A DNA stretch of 44,643 bases from a virus (lineage: Duplodnaviria; Caudoviricetes). A program made the translations under genes and the position numbers. The notes beneath the pieces are model-generated. The model was not told the origin of the DNA. It ran no database searches and saw only the letters and a program-made list of their open reading frames with translations. This document shows positions 34,225-44,261 of this stretch, one piece after another. Location of the stretch: IMG/VR virus record IMGVR_UViG_3300020045_006679, positions 1 through 44,643 of that record, one strand, 5' to 3'. The first letter of the stretch is position 1, and every line of letters begins with the position of its first letter.

Positions 34225-34676
34225 TGTACCCATACGATAGCGGCAATTTGTTTTTACATGGAACGGAACACTACGAGTTCGTGCGTGATAATTTTGTCGG
34301 TGATGTATTAGATGCAGGGTGCGGGTTCGGTACGCTGGCTGAATACGTTGATGAGTACACGGGCATTGATGCTACGCAGTTTGCGGTTGATAATCGCGTA
34401 GATGACCGTGTGAGTTTTGAGTTTATTGAAAATTACAAAAAACAGCACGATACGGTTGTGGCGTTAAGTGTTTTAGAAACGAACGAATTGAGTATTATTG
34501 ATAAGCTGATTAGCTTGGCGAAAAAAATGGTGATTGTTAGTTACACGAAAGGCGAGCTATCGCCAGAGTTTAAAGTTCATGCGATTGATGATATTGCGTG
34601 TTACTTCGATAAAGTGATTGATGGCGTTAAGCACACGTTTTTCATCAAAGAAATAAATGATAGTCTGACTATCTAG
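34224..34676 (+). CDS. Class I SAM-dependent methyltransferase
   Basis: VLDAGCGFG motif I, YTGID motif II. Confidence 0.8.
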   Translation: MYPYDSGNLFLHGTEHYEFVRDNFVGDVLDAGCGFGTLAEYVDEYTGIDATQFAVDNRVDDRVSFEFIENYKKQHDTVVALSVLETNELSIIDKLISLAKKMVIVSYTKGELSPEFKVHAIDDIACYFDKVIDGVKHTFFIKEINDSLTI

Positions 34677-34718
34677 GTGGTAATGGTTTTTTAAAAAATA
34701 AGTGTTACAATCAATAAG

Positions 34719-34934
34719 GTGGAGGGGCTTGACATGGTTAAAAAAACTTTTGTTTTTAATGATTTGACCGAGGATGATTTAGAAAAAATATTTTTAGGTC
34801 TTGATGAGTTAAAGCATAAACACGCAAAGGCAGTTGTGCGAAAATTAACACAACAAGTTATGGTACAGGTAAATAACAGTATTGGTGAATCAGCTAAAAA
34901 ACAGCCGATACCAAGCAGGAGAGCAAAAAAATGA
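34719..34934 (+). CDS. Hypothetical protein
   Basis: GGAGG SD before MVKK. Confidence 0.6.
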   Translation: MEGLDMVKKTFVFNDLTEDDLEKIFLGLDELKHKHAKAVVRKLTQQVMVQVNNSIGESAKKQPIPSRRAKK

Positions 34935-35122
34935 GAACGCAATTAAAAGTTTTAAAAAGTTTCTCGCCATACAAAGCTGGTCAAATTATAAATGTTGAAT
35001 TGGATCAATTTTGGCGAAGAAGATTGCTAGATGGTTCTGCTGAAAAATATGTAGCGCCAAAAAAAGCAGTAAAGGGTGAAGGTGATTCTAAATCAAGTGA
35101 TACAACGGGAGAGTCTAAATAA
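34931..35122 (+). CDS. Small pre-sheath protein (Mu gp38/DUF2635-like)
   Basis: FWRRRLLDG motif immediately before the sheath gene. Confidence 0.65.
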   Translation: MRTQLKVLKSFSPYKAGQIINVELDQFWRRRLLDGSAEKYVAPKKAVKGEGDSKSSDTTGESK

Positions 35123-36690
35123 TGACTACTATAATCAGAGAGCCATCAGTAACGGCAAATTTATTATCAGCGAGTTCAATGCAAATTAATACTGAACAGC
35201 GCGTATTGATTATCGGGCAGTTGGGTTCGGTTGCAACAGCAACGGCGGGTGATTTGTATACAAATTTAACAAGCGAGGATAATGTTGAAGAATTGTTTGG
35301 AGAAAATTCAATTTGTGCTTCGATGTATAGAAATTTTCGCAAAGAAAATCAGTACACGCAGGTTGACTGTATCGCATTTGAAAATGATGTTGATGGCGCG
35401 GGTGTTGCGGCAACTGGTCATTTTTATCTTAGTGGTGGGAATGCTGATGAAGCTGGTTATGTAACAGCTATTGTTGGTTCTGCCGAAGATGCAAGTTATA
35501 CAGTTACGGTTGATTTTGATGAGCCGAGCAATGATGTTGCGGCGGCGCTTGTTACGTTAATTGCGGCTGATACAAAATTGCCAGTTAATGCAACATCATC
35601 TACTGGTCAAGTAAACTTGGCGTGTGACTTTTTAAGTTCGCTAGGCAATGACATTGCTTTAAAAATTGAAACGAATGTTTCTAATTTTGTTGCTACAGTT
35701 GATCCGATGGCTAATGGTGATGGAGCGCCTTTAGAAGCAGACATGGAAGCGGCGCTAGATAAGATTGCATTGATTCGCTATCAAACAATAATCAGTCCGT
35801 TTACTGGAAGGGCTATGGAAAGATTCATGGATGATAGATTTAATGTTGTGAATAACATTCTTGATGGTGTTGTTATAAGTTATATTTGTAATGATTATTC
35901 AACAACGGTAAGTTTGTTAGATGATATAAATTCAAATAGCTTCACTTATTTTTGTGATCGTTTAATTACCGCTCAAGATGCGCGAAGTGGATCAAGTATG
36001 CTTGAGTTTGGTTGGGGAATCATTTCGCAATTTGGTGCGGTTCGTGCTGGTCGCAGAACGGAAAACAAAAATATTTCAAAATGGGTTGTTGCTTCTGGAA
36101 CATCAAAAGATTCTATTGGCGGTATGGCGATTAGTTCGTTACCTTATTTTAATACGCCAATGGTTCATTTACCGTTAATGGAAGAAGGCGACATTTTTGG
36201 TTGGAGTATTGCCGAGCAGGAAGTTATTCGTGATTCTGGCGGATCAATGATTGGAAATAATGTTTCTGGTAATTCTGTTTTGTTGGGCGAAGTATTGACT
36301 ACTTATAAAACTGATCCTAGCGGTGTTGTTGATCCAACTTGGAAGTTTTTAGAATATGTTGATACGGCTAGTTCAGTTCGTGAATATTTTGTAAATAATT
36401 TACGCTCACGTTTTAGACAGCATCGTTTAACAAATGGTGCGTTGATTGCTGGTCGCGCTATGGCTAATCCAGCATTAATTACTGGAACGTGTACGCGCCT
36501 TTATGAAGATGTTGCAGAATTAACATTAGCGCAAGCTGGTGAGTCTTATGTAAACTTTTTCAAACAAAATTTAACGGTTGCGATTGATCTGATTGCTGGT
36601 TCGGCAAACATTTTTATGAAAATGCCGATTGTCACGCAATTTAGGGAAATTATTGCAAACATTCAAATTCAATTTACTACAGAGGATTAA
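35122..36690 (+). CDS. Tail sheath protein (Mu gpL-like)
   Basis: LFGENS...M, A..LPV.A, TTYKTD.SG..D. Confidence 0.88.
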   Translation: MTTIIREPSVTANLLSASSMQINTEQRVLIIGQLGSVATATAGDLYTNLTSEDNVEELFGENSICASMYRNFRKENQYTQVDCIAFENDVDGAGVAATGHFYLSGGNADEAGYVTAIVGSAEDASYTVTVDFDEPSNDVAAALVTLIAADTKLPVNATSSTGQVNLACDFLSSLGNDIALKIETNVSNFVATVDPMANGDGAPLEADMEAALDKIALIRYQTIISPFTGRAMERFMDDRFNVVNNILDGVVISYICNDYSTTVSLLDDINSNSFTYFCDRLITAQDARSGSSMLEFGWGIISQFGAVRAGRRTENKNISKWVVASGTSKDSIGGMAISSLPYFNTPMVHLPLMEEGDIFGWSIAEQEVIRDSGGSMIGNNVSGNSVLLGEVLTTYKTDPSGVVDPTWKFLEYVDTASSVREYFVNNLRSRFRQHRLTNGALIAGRAMANPALITGTCTRLYEDVAELTLAQAGESYVNFFKQNLTVAIDLIAGSANIFMKMPIVTQFREIIANIQIQFTTED

Positions 36691-36694
36691 TTAG

Positions 36695-37087
36695 ATGCCT
36701 ATTCAAAATTCTGATCCAAGTGTCTTGGTCAATGGTGTATCGGTTAAAATTGTCGGCGGATCATTGAAGTGTAATGATGGCTTAGGCGAACAAAAAGTTT
36801 TGACGCAATCGGCTGGACACGGTCAAGTTGAAAATGTTTATTCAAACGATATTGAAACAAATATCGGGCGCGTGAGTTTTCAAATGCGCAATACTGACGA
36901 AAATCAAATTTTAGTTCGCAACTGGAAATTATCTGGCGAAAATAATTTGGTTGAAGTTCCAGCGCAAACATCGGATGGATTAAATCGGGTTTATCAAAAA
37001 ATGGCATTCGTTAATGATTATGAATTGCCGTATAGTCCTGATGGTGTTATTGATGTGAATTTTGAAGGTCGCAAACCTACAGTTTAA
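36695..37087 (+). CDS. Tail tube protein
   Basis: 130 aa after the sheath; DG.I.V.FEG C-terminus. Confidence 0.8.
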   Translation: MPIQNSDPSVLVNGVSVKIVGGSLKCNDGLGEQKVLTQSAGHGQVENVYSNDIETNIGRVSFQMRNTDENQILVRNWKLSGENNLVEVPAQTSDGLNRVYQKMAFVNDYELPYSPDGVIDVNFEGRKPTV

Positions 37088-37115
37088 TTTTTTAAAAAAA
37101 TGAAGGGGAATTGTA

Positions 37116-37580
37116 ATGAACGAATTAAAAAGCGATTTTGTTTATCCGTTATTAAAGCCAATTAAATATCCGTTTAATGGTGAGCAGAAAGAAGGCAGGG
37201 CGTTATTGATGATTGCTCCGCTTGCGAAGTTAAATAAACAACGCACTATTTTGCAAAGGGAATTGATGAAGGCTATCAATACGGTTACGGAAAGAAATGC
37301 AAACCGTATTGAAGTTTCATCGAATATGACTGATGCCCAAGTTGAAATTGAGAGCGGTGATAGATCGGTTACGCAGAAAGAAGTAAACGGAATGCTTTTA
37401 TCGGGTGAAGCGAATTTTGATGTAATGCACGATGCGCTTAAAAGTTTAATGCTGAACGGTTGTTGCAAGATTGAAAATGAAGCGCCGATGCTGGAGTCTG
37501 TTTATGATTCGCTTGATGGGCGTGATTTGGATGGAATGTTATCGGCATTCGTAGCAAATTTTATTATGCCATCATTGTAA
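37116..37580 (+). CDS. Tail assembly chaperone (G)
   Basis: Between tube and tape measure; YPLLKPI, LDGRD. Confidence 0.75.
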   Translation: MNELKSDFVYPLLKPIKYPFNGEQKEGRALLMIAPLAKLNKQRTILQRELMKAINTVTERNANRIEVSSNMTDAQVEIESGDRSVTQKEVNGMLLSGEANFDVMHDALKSLMLNGCCKIENEAPMLESVYDSLDGRDLDGMLSAFVANFIMPSL

Positions 37581-37777
37581 AAATTAGTGACACACAATTA
37601 CAAAAGATGGCGTTAAGCGTGTGTTTGTATTACAAGGGCGGTATTCAATATGATTCATTGATGGACAAACCGATTCCATTTATTTTATCAGCCATTGATA
37701 TAGCCGAGCAGTTTAACCAAGAACAGGAACGGGCAGTAGAAAGAGCAAGGGCGAAGGCTACGCCGAGGCGAAGATAA
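37556..37777 (+). other. -1 frameshift site and GT-type extension
   Basis: Slippery heptamer A AAT TTT at 37556-37562; -1 frame open for 71 codons to TAA 37775-37777. Confidence 0.75.
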
Positions 37778-39381
37778 TGGCATACAAAAGTTCCTACACA
37801 TTTTCAGCAACAGATCACTTTTCAAAACAAGCGAAAGATATTGCCGCAAGTCTGCTGGCAATGAATACGCAGTTACGCGCCTTAAAGCGTTTAACCGCCA
37901 TACCTAAAAACCTTACCTATGCAAACATCACAAAGGCTACCCAAAAAGTAGATGCCTTAACTGCTTCTATGATCAAGATGCAACAGGTAGCCGCAACGGG
38001 CGCTACAATCGCTGTAGGGGGCGCAGGAGGCGGTTCATCTGGTGGTAGACGTAGTGGTGGCGGTGGAGTTAGTAGGCGATCTGGTGGCGGCTTAATGAAC
38101 GGTGCGGCTTTTGGTGCTGGTGTGCCGATGATAGGTCGCAATTTCATATTGCCGTATGTTGGTTATAAGGTGGCTACTGGTATTTATAATACTGGTGCAG
38201 ATATGGAAACTGGAGTTCACAAATTAGGCGCATTGACTGGTTTAAAGGGTGATCAGTTAGGTATGGCGCAAAATAAAATTGCTGAACAAGCAAAAACTTT
38301 TGGGATTGAGCAATCGGCGGCGATTCAAGGAATGATTGATGTTGCAAACTCAAACGCTCAATTGATAGGTGATATGCCAGCGTTGTTTAGTATGTCGGAT
38401 GCCGCTACAAAATTAGCAATTGCTGGTGATACCGATCCGAAAAAAACTTCCGAAGGTCTTACCCGTTTTATGAAGGGTTTCCATGCGAAGCGTGGAACGG
38501 AAGAATATTATGCGAAATTGATGGCGGCGGCTTCAAAATATAGCGCATCTGAAATTGCAGATACTTCACAATTTTTGAAACGTGGTGCTGGTTCGGCGTA
38601 TGTGCAAGGATTAACGCCAGAACAAACGATGGCATTGGCGGCATCAGCCGCGCCTTATCGAAAAGCTGGTGTTGCTGGTACACAAGTGGCGGGGATATTA
38701 AGAAATGTTGGTAAAGGAACATCAAAATTAAAAGGTTTAAGTTGGAAAGAATTAGGCTTGAAAGGTACGTTTGATGTTCTTAATGCTGAATTTACAAAAT
38801 TAACAACAAGTGCGCAACGAAACGCATGGGCATCTGATAGATTTGGTACGCAATTTGCTGAATTGGGGCTTCAAATGATGCGCGATAGGCATAAGTTACC
38901 AGAGCTAGAAAAAAATATGAGCGATCATGCCGCCTTAACTGATATGTTTAATTCAAATATGTCAACGACACACAAAAAAATGCAAACAATGCAATCTGGT
39001 TTTGCTGAATTAGGTGTAACCCTATTTAACCAATTTAAACCGAATATTGATGCGGCGATTAATGGTTTAACTTTGCTTGCTACGGCGGCGACTAATGCGG
39101 CTCATTATTGGGAGGGATCGGTTGACAATATGTTTGATTATGTTGGCGGTCAAGGATTTCAAGTTGGTTTAATTGACAAACCGAAACAATATATTGTTGG
39201 GCAAGAAATGAATTTAGATACACCATATAGCTTGCCGCAAGGAGGGGTGGCACAAAAAGAAAAATTAGATATAACTTTATATGTTGATCAGCAAGCGATT
39301 GTTCGGGGCGCATCAGTAAATAACGGTAAGAATAATAAAACAGTGACTATTCAAGGTGGTCGCGGTTATGAGCGGTGGTAG
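37777..39381 (+). CDS. Tape measure protein
   Basis: A.D.FS N-terminus, Ala/Gly-rich helices, AGT..AGILR. Confidence 0.85.
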   Translation: MAYKSSYTFSATDHFSKQAKDIAASLLAMNTQLRALKRLTAIPKNLTYANITKATQKVDALTASMIKMQQVAATGATIAVGGAGGGSSGGRRSGGGGVSRRSGGGLMNGAAFGAGVPMIGRNFILPYVGYKVATGIYNTGADMETGVHKLGALTGLKGDQLGMAQNKIAEQAKTFGIEQSAAIQGMIDVANSNAQLIGDMPALFSMSDAATKLAIAGDTDPKKTSEGLTRFMKGFHAKRGTEEYYAKLMAAASKYSASEIADTSQFLKRGAGSAYVQGLTPEQTMALAASAAPYRKAGVAGTQVAGILRNVGKGTSKLKGLSWKELGLKGTFDVLNAEFTKLTTSAQRNAWASDRFGTQFAELGLQMMRDRHKLPELEKNMSDHAALTDMFNSNMSTTHKKMQTMQSGFAELGVTLFNQFKPNIDAAINGLTLLATAATNAAHYWEGSVDNMFDYVGGQGFQVGLIDKPKQYIVGQEMNLDTPYSLPQGGVAQKEKLDITLYVDQQAIVRGASVNNGKNNKTVTIQGGRGYERW

Positions 39382-39384
39382 ATA

Positions 39385-40608
39385 ATGGCTATTCAAGATT
39401 TTTTACATTCTGGAAGTTTTAAAGGCGCAACATTTTTTTGTGATGCCGCTATTACGGTTGGTGGTCGCAAGCAAGTAAAGCATGAATATCCTAATTCTGG
39501 TAAACAGCTAATTGAAGATTTAGGATTTAAGCCAAGAAATTTTAAATTCAGCGCCAAGATAAAAGGTAGTCTTGGTGATGGATCATATTTTCAAAATCGT
39601 GACAGATTATTAGCGGCGCTTGAGGAGGGTGGAAACGGTATGTTATCGCATCCATTTTTTTCATCATCTATTCAAGTTACTGCGCGTGATTATGTGCTTA
39701 ACGAAAGAATGGCGCATCTTGGATATGCTGAAATTGATTTAGAGTTTGATTATAACGATGAGAAAGCAAATCCATCACCAATACAAAATTCGCTTCCAGT
39801 CATTAATAAACTAAAAAATAATTTGCTTGGTGGTTTAGAAGGCAACTTTAAAAAATTATTTAATGCAGTATTGCCAGCTAATTTTGATTCGGCAAAAGGT
39901 TTAGTTGGTGATTTTACTTCTGCGGTGTCGGTTGTTACCGATACTTATGCACAAATTCAAACTGAAATTGCGCCATTTAAACAATTAATAAATGATATTG
40001 ATAATAATATTAATGCGCTAATTGTACAGCCGAATAATTTAGCTGATTCTATTTTCGGTGTAATTAGGGGCGCTGAAAATCTTTATAACGATGCTGATGT
40101 GGCGTTTGAAGCATTTACTGGTATGTTTGATTTTCGTGACGATTATATTTATGAAGATGAAACAACAGAAAGCAGAATACAGCGCAACATAAATTCAAAA
40201 AGTATTATTTATAGTGTGCAAACTGGTTTCCTAGCTATTGCTTATGTTGCGGCAAGTGAAGTTGAATACAAAACGGTTGATGAAATTAATTTAGCTCAAC
40301 AAGTTTTAGAAGATCAATTTGTCAAATTAAGCAATTCAGAATCGGTTGATGATGGTGATATTTATTTACTTGGATTGTTACGCGCACAAACAACGGCATT
40401 TTTAGAGGCAGAAAAGCTAAATGCGTCTGTAATTATCCCGATAAATATAAACGGGCTTTATCCGTTATCACTAATTGCTTATCAATATTATGCTGATGAA
40501 TCGCCCGAAGTATATTTTGAGCGTTTGCAAGCAATGATTGAATTGTCTGCACCAATATCAAATAACATTAATTTTGTAACTGGTTCTATTGATGTGGTCA
40601 GCGTATGA
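39385..40608 (+). CDS. Mu gpN-like DNA circularisation/tail protein
   Basis: SFKG..F, GRK...HEYP, EDLG, G.L.HPF. Confidence 0.85.
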   Translation: MAIQDFLHSGSFKGATFFCDAAITVGGRKQVKHEYPNSGKQLIEDLGFKPRNFKFSAKIKGSLGDGSYFQNRDRLLAALEEGGNGMLSHPFFSSSIQVTARDYVLNERMAHLGYAEIDLEFDYNDEKANPSPIQNSLPVINKLKNNLLGGLEGNFKKLFNAVLPANFDSAKGLVGDFTSAVSVVTDTYAQIQTEIAPFKQLINDIDNNINALIVQPNNLADSIFGVIRGAENLYNDADVAFEAFTGMFDFRDDYIYEDETTESRIQRNINSKSIIYSVQTGFLAIAYVAASEVEYKTVDEINLAQQVLEDQFVKLSNSESVDDGDIYLLGLLRAQTTAFLEAEKLNASVIIPININGLYPLSLIAYQYYADESPEVYFERLQAMIELSAPISNNINFVTGSIDVVSV

Positions 40609-41777
40609 GTATGTTGCTAGAAATAAATGGAACGCCTTATGAGTTTTTCAAAAACTTTAACGTAAAGCGGAATATTGAAAACTTTAGCGGCGAAGTAAAT
40701 ATTGTCGCAACCGAATCTGATTTATCGCGCTATCCTATCAAAGTTAATGATAAGTGTGTGGTTTTGATAAATGGTTATCCCGTTTTAACTGGATACATAG
40801 AATCAATTTCCCCTTCAACAAGTCCGTATGATCATAATATTTCAATTAATGGTCGTGATGTAACGTGCGATATTATTGATTCTACACTGCTTGGCAGTGA
40901 TATAGAAATGAAACCAAAGTTTTCCTTAACGGATTTAATAAACAAGGTTCAAGGTGCGCTTGGTTTAAAACTGCCAATTAAAATAGATGCGCCAATCACT
41001 TTGTTTGATGAAACAGATTATGTTGCCGCAAGTGATGGAAAAAATGCGTGGGATTTTATTGACGAACACGCAAGAAAAAAACAAGTGCTTGTTAATACTG
41101 ATGGTAATGGCGGCATTGTTTGTATGCGCGCTGATTCTGCACAAGATTACGGGCTTGTTTTAATTAATAAGCGCGGCGCAATATCAAATGTTTTAAGGTC
41201 AAGTTCGTCTTTTGATTTTACAAATAGATTTGGTTCATATATTTGTTCATCACAAGCAAATTTAACATTAAGTTCTGATGGAAAATCAGACAATGATTCT
41301 ATGGTGACAATTAGATCATCGGTTATTGGTGATAAGGGTGTAAGATCATCACGCAAGTTTGTTTTTGTTGCTGAACAAGCATCAAGCGTTGAGGATGCAA
41401 CGAATCGTGCCAAGTGGCAAGCAAATTTGGATAGGGCGCGATCAATTACTTATTCCGCAACTATTCAAGGTCACGTTTACGAACAAGGCGTTATGGTTGG
41501 TCAGCCGTATAATTTTAATCATCTAGTAGCGGTGATTGATGAAAATTGTGATATTGATGCAATCATGCTGATTAAATCAGTAACTTTTAGTTTGAGTTTA
41601 GATGGCGGATCAATTACAGAATTAGAAATTGTTGATAAAGATTCTTACACATTAGAATTAACTGATCCATCATTAAGGGATAGAAAAACAGATAAGGTTG
41701 GTAATAACTTTTATGGCGCTCCTCCAACAGATGAAGAAATAGAGGCAAGCGCAAACGAATCGGATGATGAAGAATGA
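40605..41777 (+). CDS. Mu gpP (gp44)-like baseplate hub
   Basis: GRDVTCDIIDS, TDG.G, RF..Y. Confidence 0.85.
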   Translation: MSMLLEINGTPYEFFKNFNVKRNIENFSGEVNIVATESDLSRYPIKVNDKCVVLINGYPVLTGYIESISPSTSPYDHNISINGRDVTCDIIDSTLLGSDIEMKPKFSLTDLINKVQGALGLKLPIKIDAPITLFDETDYVAASDGKNAWDFIDEHARKKQVLVNTDGNGGIVCMRADSAQDYGLVLINKRGAISNVLRSSSSFDFTNRFGSYICSSQANLTLSSDGKSDNDSMVTIRSSVIGDKGVRSSRKFVFVAEQASSVEDATNRAKWQANLDRARSITYSATIQGHVYEQGVMVGQPYNFNHLVAVIDENCDIDAIMLIKSVTFSLSLDGGSITELEIVDKDSYTLELTDPSLRDRKTDKVGNNFYGAPPTDEEIEASANESDDEE

Positions 41778-42427
41778 TTACGATAGGGAAGGTTACTTTA
41801 AATACTGATGATGCTGAACAGCGACCTATCTTCCAGTCATATTTTAACGGGAAGGCGGCGGATACTTATTTGTATCAGCCTTATGGATTAACATCAAGAC
41901 CGCCACAAGAAGATTCGTTAGTTGCGATCATGCTCCAGCAAAACCATGCTGGTGCGCGTATTGGATTCCCGTTTTGCCCAACAAAGCGGAAAAAGAAATT
42001 AAAATCGGGCGAAGTTGTTTTGGAAAATATGCTTGCTGGTTCGTTCTTTTATTTTAAAGAGGATGGCGATTTAGAAATTTACATTCCAAAAGATATTAAT
42101 GCGAAAATTGTTAGGAATGTTACTATTACGGCATTAGATACAACGATGAATTTAAACAATTTAACAGTTTATGCAAAGGATATTAGGGTAGTTGCAAACA
42201 GTATTACAATGATTGGCGCGGTTTCTCTTGATTTAGCCGCTCCAGTGTTTTCAATTACGTCAGCCGATATTAAGGTTACTGGCAATACGGTTGTTAAGGG
42301 CAATTTAACGGTGGCTGGAAATGTGGCTACAGTTGGAACATTGACTAACAATGGCATTAATGTTGGCTCAACGCATAAACATGGCGGTGTTCAAACTGGT
42401 GGCGGTTCAACGGGGATACCATTCTAA
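41774..42427 (+). CDS. Mu gp45-like baseplate spike
   Basis: QPYGLTSRPP, L.SGEV, C-terminal THKHGGVQTG. Confidence 0.85.
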   Translation: MITIGKVTLNTDDAEQRPIFQSYFNGKAADTYLYQPYGLTSRPPQEDSLVAIMLQQNHAGARIGFPFCPTKRKKKLKSGEVVLENMLAGSFFYFKEDGDLEIYIPKDINAKIVRNVTITALDTTMNLNNLTVYAKDIRVVANSITMIGAVSLDLAAPVFSITSADIKVTGNTVVKGNLTVAGNVATVGTLTNNGINVGSTHKHGGVQTGGGSTGIPF

Positions 42428-42876
42428 TGAATACAGATATTGCTTTTACAAAGACCGATGAAGGATATTGGGATTTAACGCTTGACGATGATGGCGATTT
42501 CACCAAGATTAATTCTTTTGATACTGCTATTTTGTTATCATTGTTCGGCAGTGATAAACGCGCATCGGCTGATGAACAAGTTGATCCAGCATTGCGGCGC
42601 GGGTGGATAGGTGATCAATATGCTGATGTTCCAATGGGTTCAAAGCTATGGTTGTTAAGCCAGTCGCGGCTATTTACGCAAGCTGAAAATCGGGCGCGTG
42701 ATTATTGCAAAGATTGTTTGAAGTGGTTGGTTGATTATGATTATGCGTATTCGGTTGAAGTGGTTACTCGCCGTGATATGCGGTTAGGTCAAATGATTGC
42801 GGATATTACGATTACGCTTTTAAATGGTACTACATTACAACGCTCATACGTTTTATGGCGCAATACGGCTCAATAG
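42427..42876 (+). CDS. Mu gp46-like baseplate protein
   Basis: TAILLSLF.D.RA, RGW.GD, GSKLWLL. Confidence 0.88.
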   Translation: MNTDIAFTKTDEGYWDLTLDDDGDFTKINSFDTAILLSLFGSDKRASADEQVDPALRRGWIGDQYADVPMGSKLWLLSQSRLFTQAENRARDYCKDCLKWLVDYDYAYSVEVVTRRDMRLGQMIADITITLLNGTTLQRSYVLWRNTAQ

Positions 42877-42886
42877 GATTTAGAAA

Positions 42887-44260
42887 ATGTTTAACATACC
42901 AGATACACCAGAAACATTAGAAAACAAAACGCTTGCTGATTTACAGCGTGAATCAGAAAACGCAAATCCGTTTTTAAAATTGTCGTGGATGGCGGCGCAA
43001 GGAAAGGCTTGTGCGCGTAGAGTTTTTGAATTGTATCAATCGCTGAAATTGATTTTAAAAGAAGCGATCCCGATTACGGCAGTTCAGAATTTAACCATGT
43101 GGGCTTCGTTTTGGGGAATTACACAAAATGCGGCAACAAAGGCAACTGGTTTAATTGTTGCAAATGGTACGGTTGCTACAGCGATTATTGCTGGAAAGCA
43201 ATTAACATCAAGTGATGGTAATTTATATGAAACCGTTGGAAGTGTAAGCGTAACAACAAAATTAATTACGCTTGATAGTTTGACGGCAACTGGAAAAGTT
43301 GCAAAGGCAACATTACCATCTACTCAAAGTTTGTATGATAACCAAGAAGTAACAATCACGCTTGCGACACAAACTGAATACAATGGAACATTCCCAATTA
43401 CTGTTTTGAATGACACACAATTTACTTATGTGATGAGTGCAGTGCCGCCACTATCGCCAGCAACGGGAACGCCGAAAGCTGGATGGAATAGTGCAGTGTG
43501 TACAATTGAATCGCTTGAAACAGGTGAAGATAAAAATTTAGCGGCAAGCACAAAATTAACTTTTACAACGCCGATCACCAATATTAATAATGATGCTTAT
43601 GTTGATTACAACAGAATATCGGGTGGTACTGATTTAGAAGGATTACCATCATTAAAAACGCGCTTTATTTATCGCGTACAAAATCCGCCAACTTTATTTA
43701 ATGTTGGCGCAATCACAAAAAAATGTATGGAAGTATCTGGTGTTAAAAAAGTATTTGTGCAAAGAAATTCAAAAGCGGGTGTTGAGGGTAATGTTGGTTA
43801 CGTTACAGTTTATTTCGTGCGTGATGGTGATGGAACGGATCAAATACCAACAGAAGGCGATCCAAGTCAATGCAAAACCGTTTACGATAAATTGCTTGAG
43901 ATTTATCCAGCGTTTATGGCAGAAGAATATTCTGAAAGCGCTACGCCAAGTAATGATTCGCAATTATTTGTATTTGCTCCCGATCCACAAACTATTCCGT
44001 TTACGTTTACGGCGCTTGATCCAAATACAACAACAATGCAAGAGGCTATTACGGCGAATTTGTTAGCATTATTTAAGGATGATTTTATTATAGGTAATGG
44101 ATTAACTAATGCGGAATACATAGCCGCTATTCAAAATACAGTTGATACAACAAACGGCGCAAGGGTTATTTCATTTACTTTATCAACTCCAACTGGTGAT
44201 ATTGCTACGGGCGCTGGCGAATATCCTATTTTGGGAACAGTTACTTATCCAGTGATTTAA
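42887..44260 (+). CDS. Baseplate J / Mu gp47-like protein with inserted domain
   Basis: AT.ATG, GGTDLE...L..R, V.GV....V, G.V.V. Confidence 0.88.
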   Translation: MFNIPDTPETLENKTLADLQRESENANPFLKLSWMAAQGKACARRVFELYQSLKLILKEAIPITAVQNLTMWASFWGITQNAATKATGLIVANGTVATAIIAGKQLTSSDGNLYETVGSVSVTTKLITLDSLTATGKVAKATLPSTQSLYDNQEVTITLATQTEYNGTFPITVLNDTQFTYVMSAVPPLSPATGTPKAGWNSAVCTIESLETGEDKNLAASTKLTFTTPITNINNDAYVDYNRISGGTDLEGLPSLKTRFIYRVQNPPTLFNVGAITKKCMEVSGVKKVFVQRNSKAGVEGNVGYVTVYFVRDGDGTDQIPTEGDPSQCKTVYDKLLEIYPAFMAEEYSESATPSNDSQLFVFAPDPQTIPFTFTALDPNTTTMQEAITANLLALFKDDFIIGNGLTNAEYIAAIQNTVDTTNGARVISFTLSTPTGDIATGAGEYPILGTVTYPVI

Positions 44261-44261
44261 T

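Noticed and set aside
34224-34676. DNA methyltransferase / restriction-modification system
   Set aside because: Only SAM-binding motifs; no DNA-MTase catalytic motif or partner nuclease
508-44121. Many antisense or alternate-frame ORFs in the track (e.g. 508-729, 7431-7985, 9587-9859, 13218-13565, 27581-27877, 37142-37468, 43701-44066)
   Set aside because: Shadows of well-supported genes with no SD or motifs
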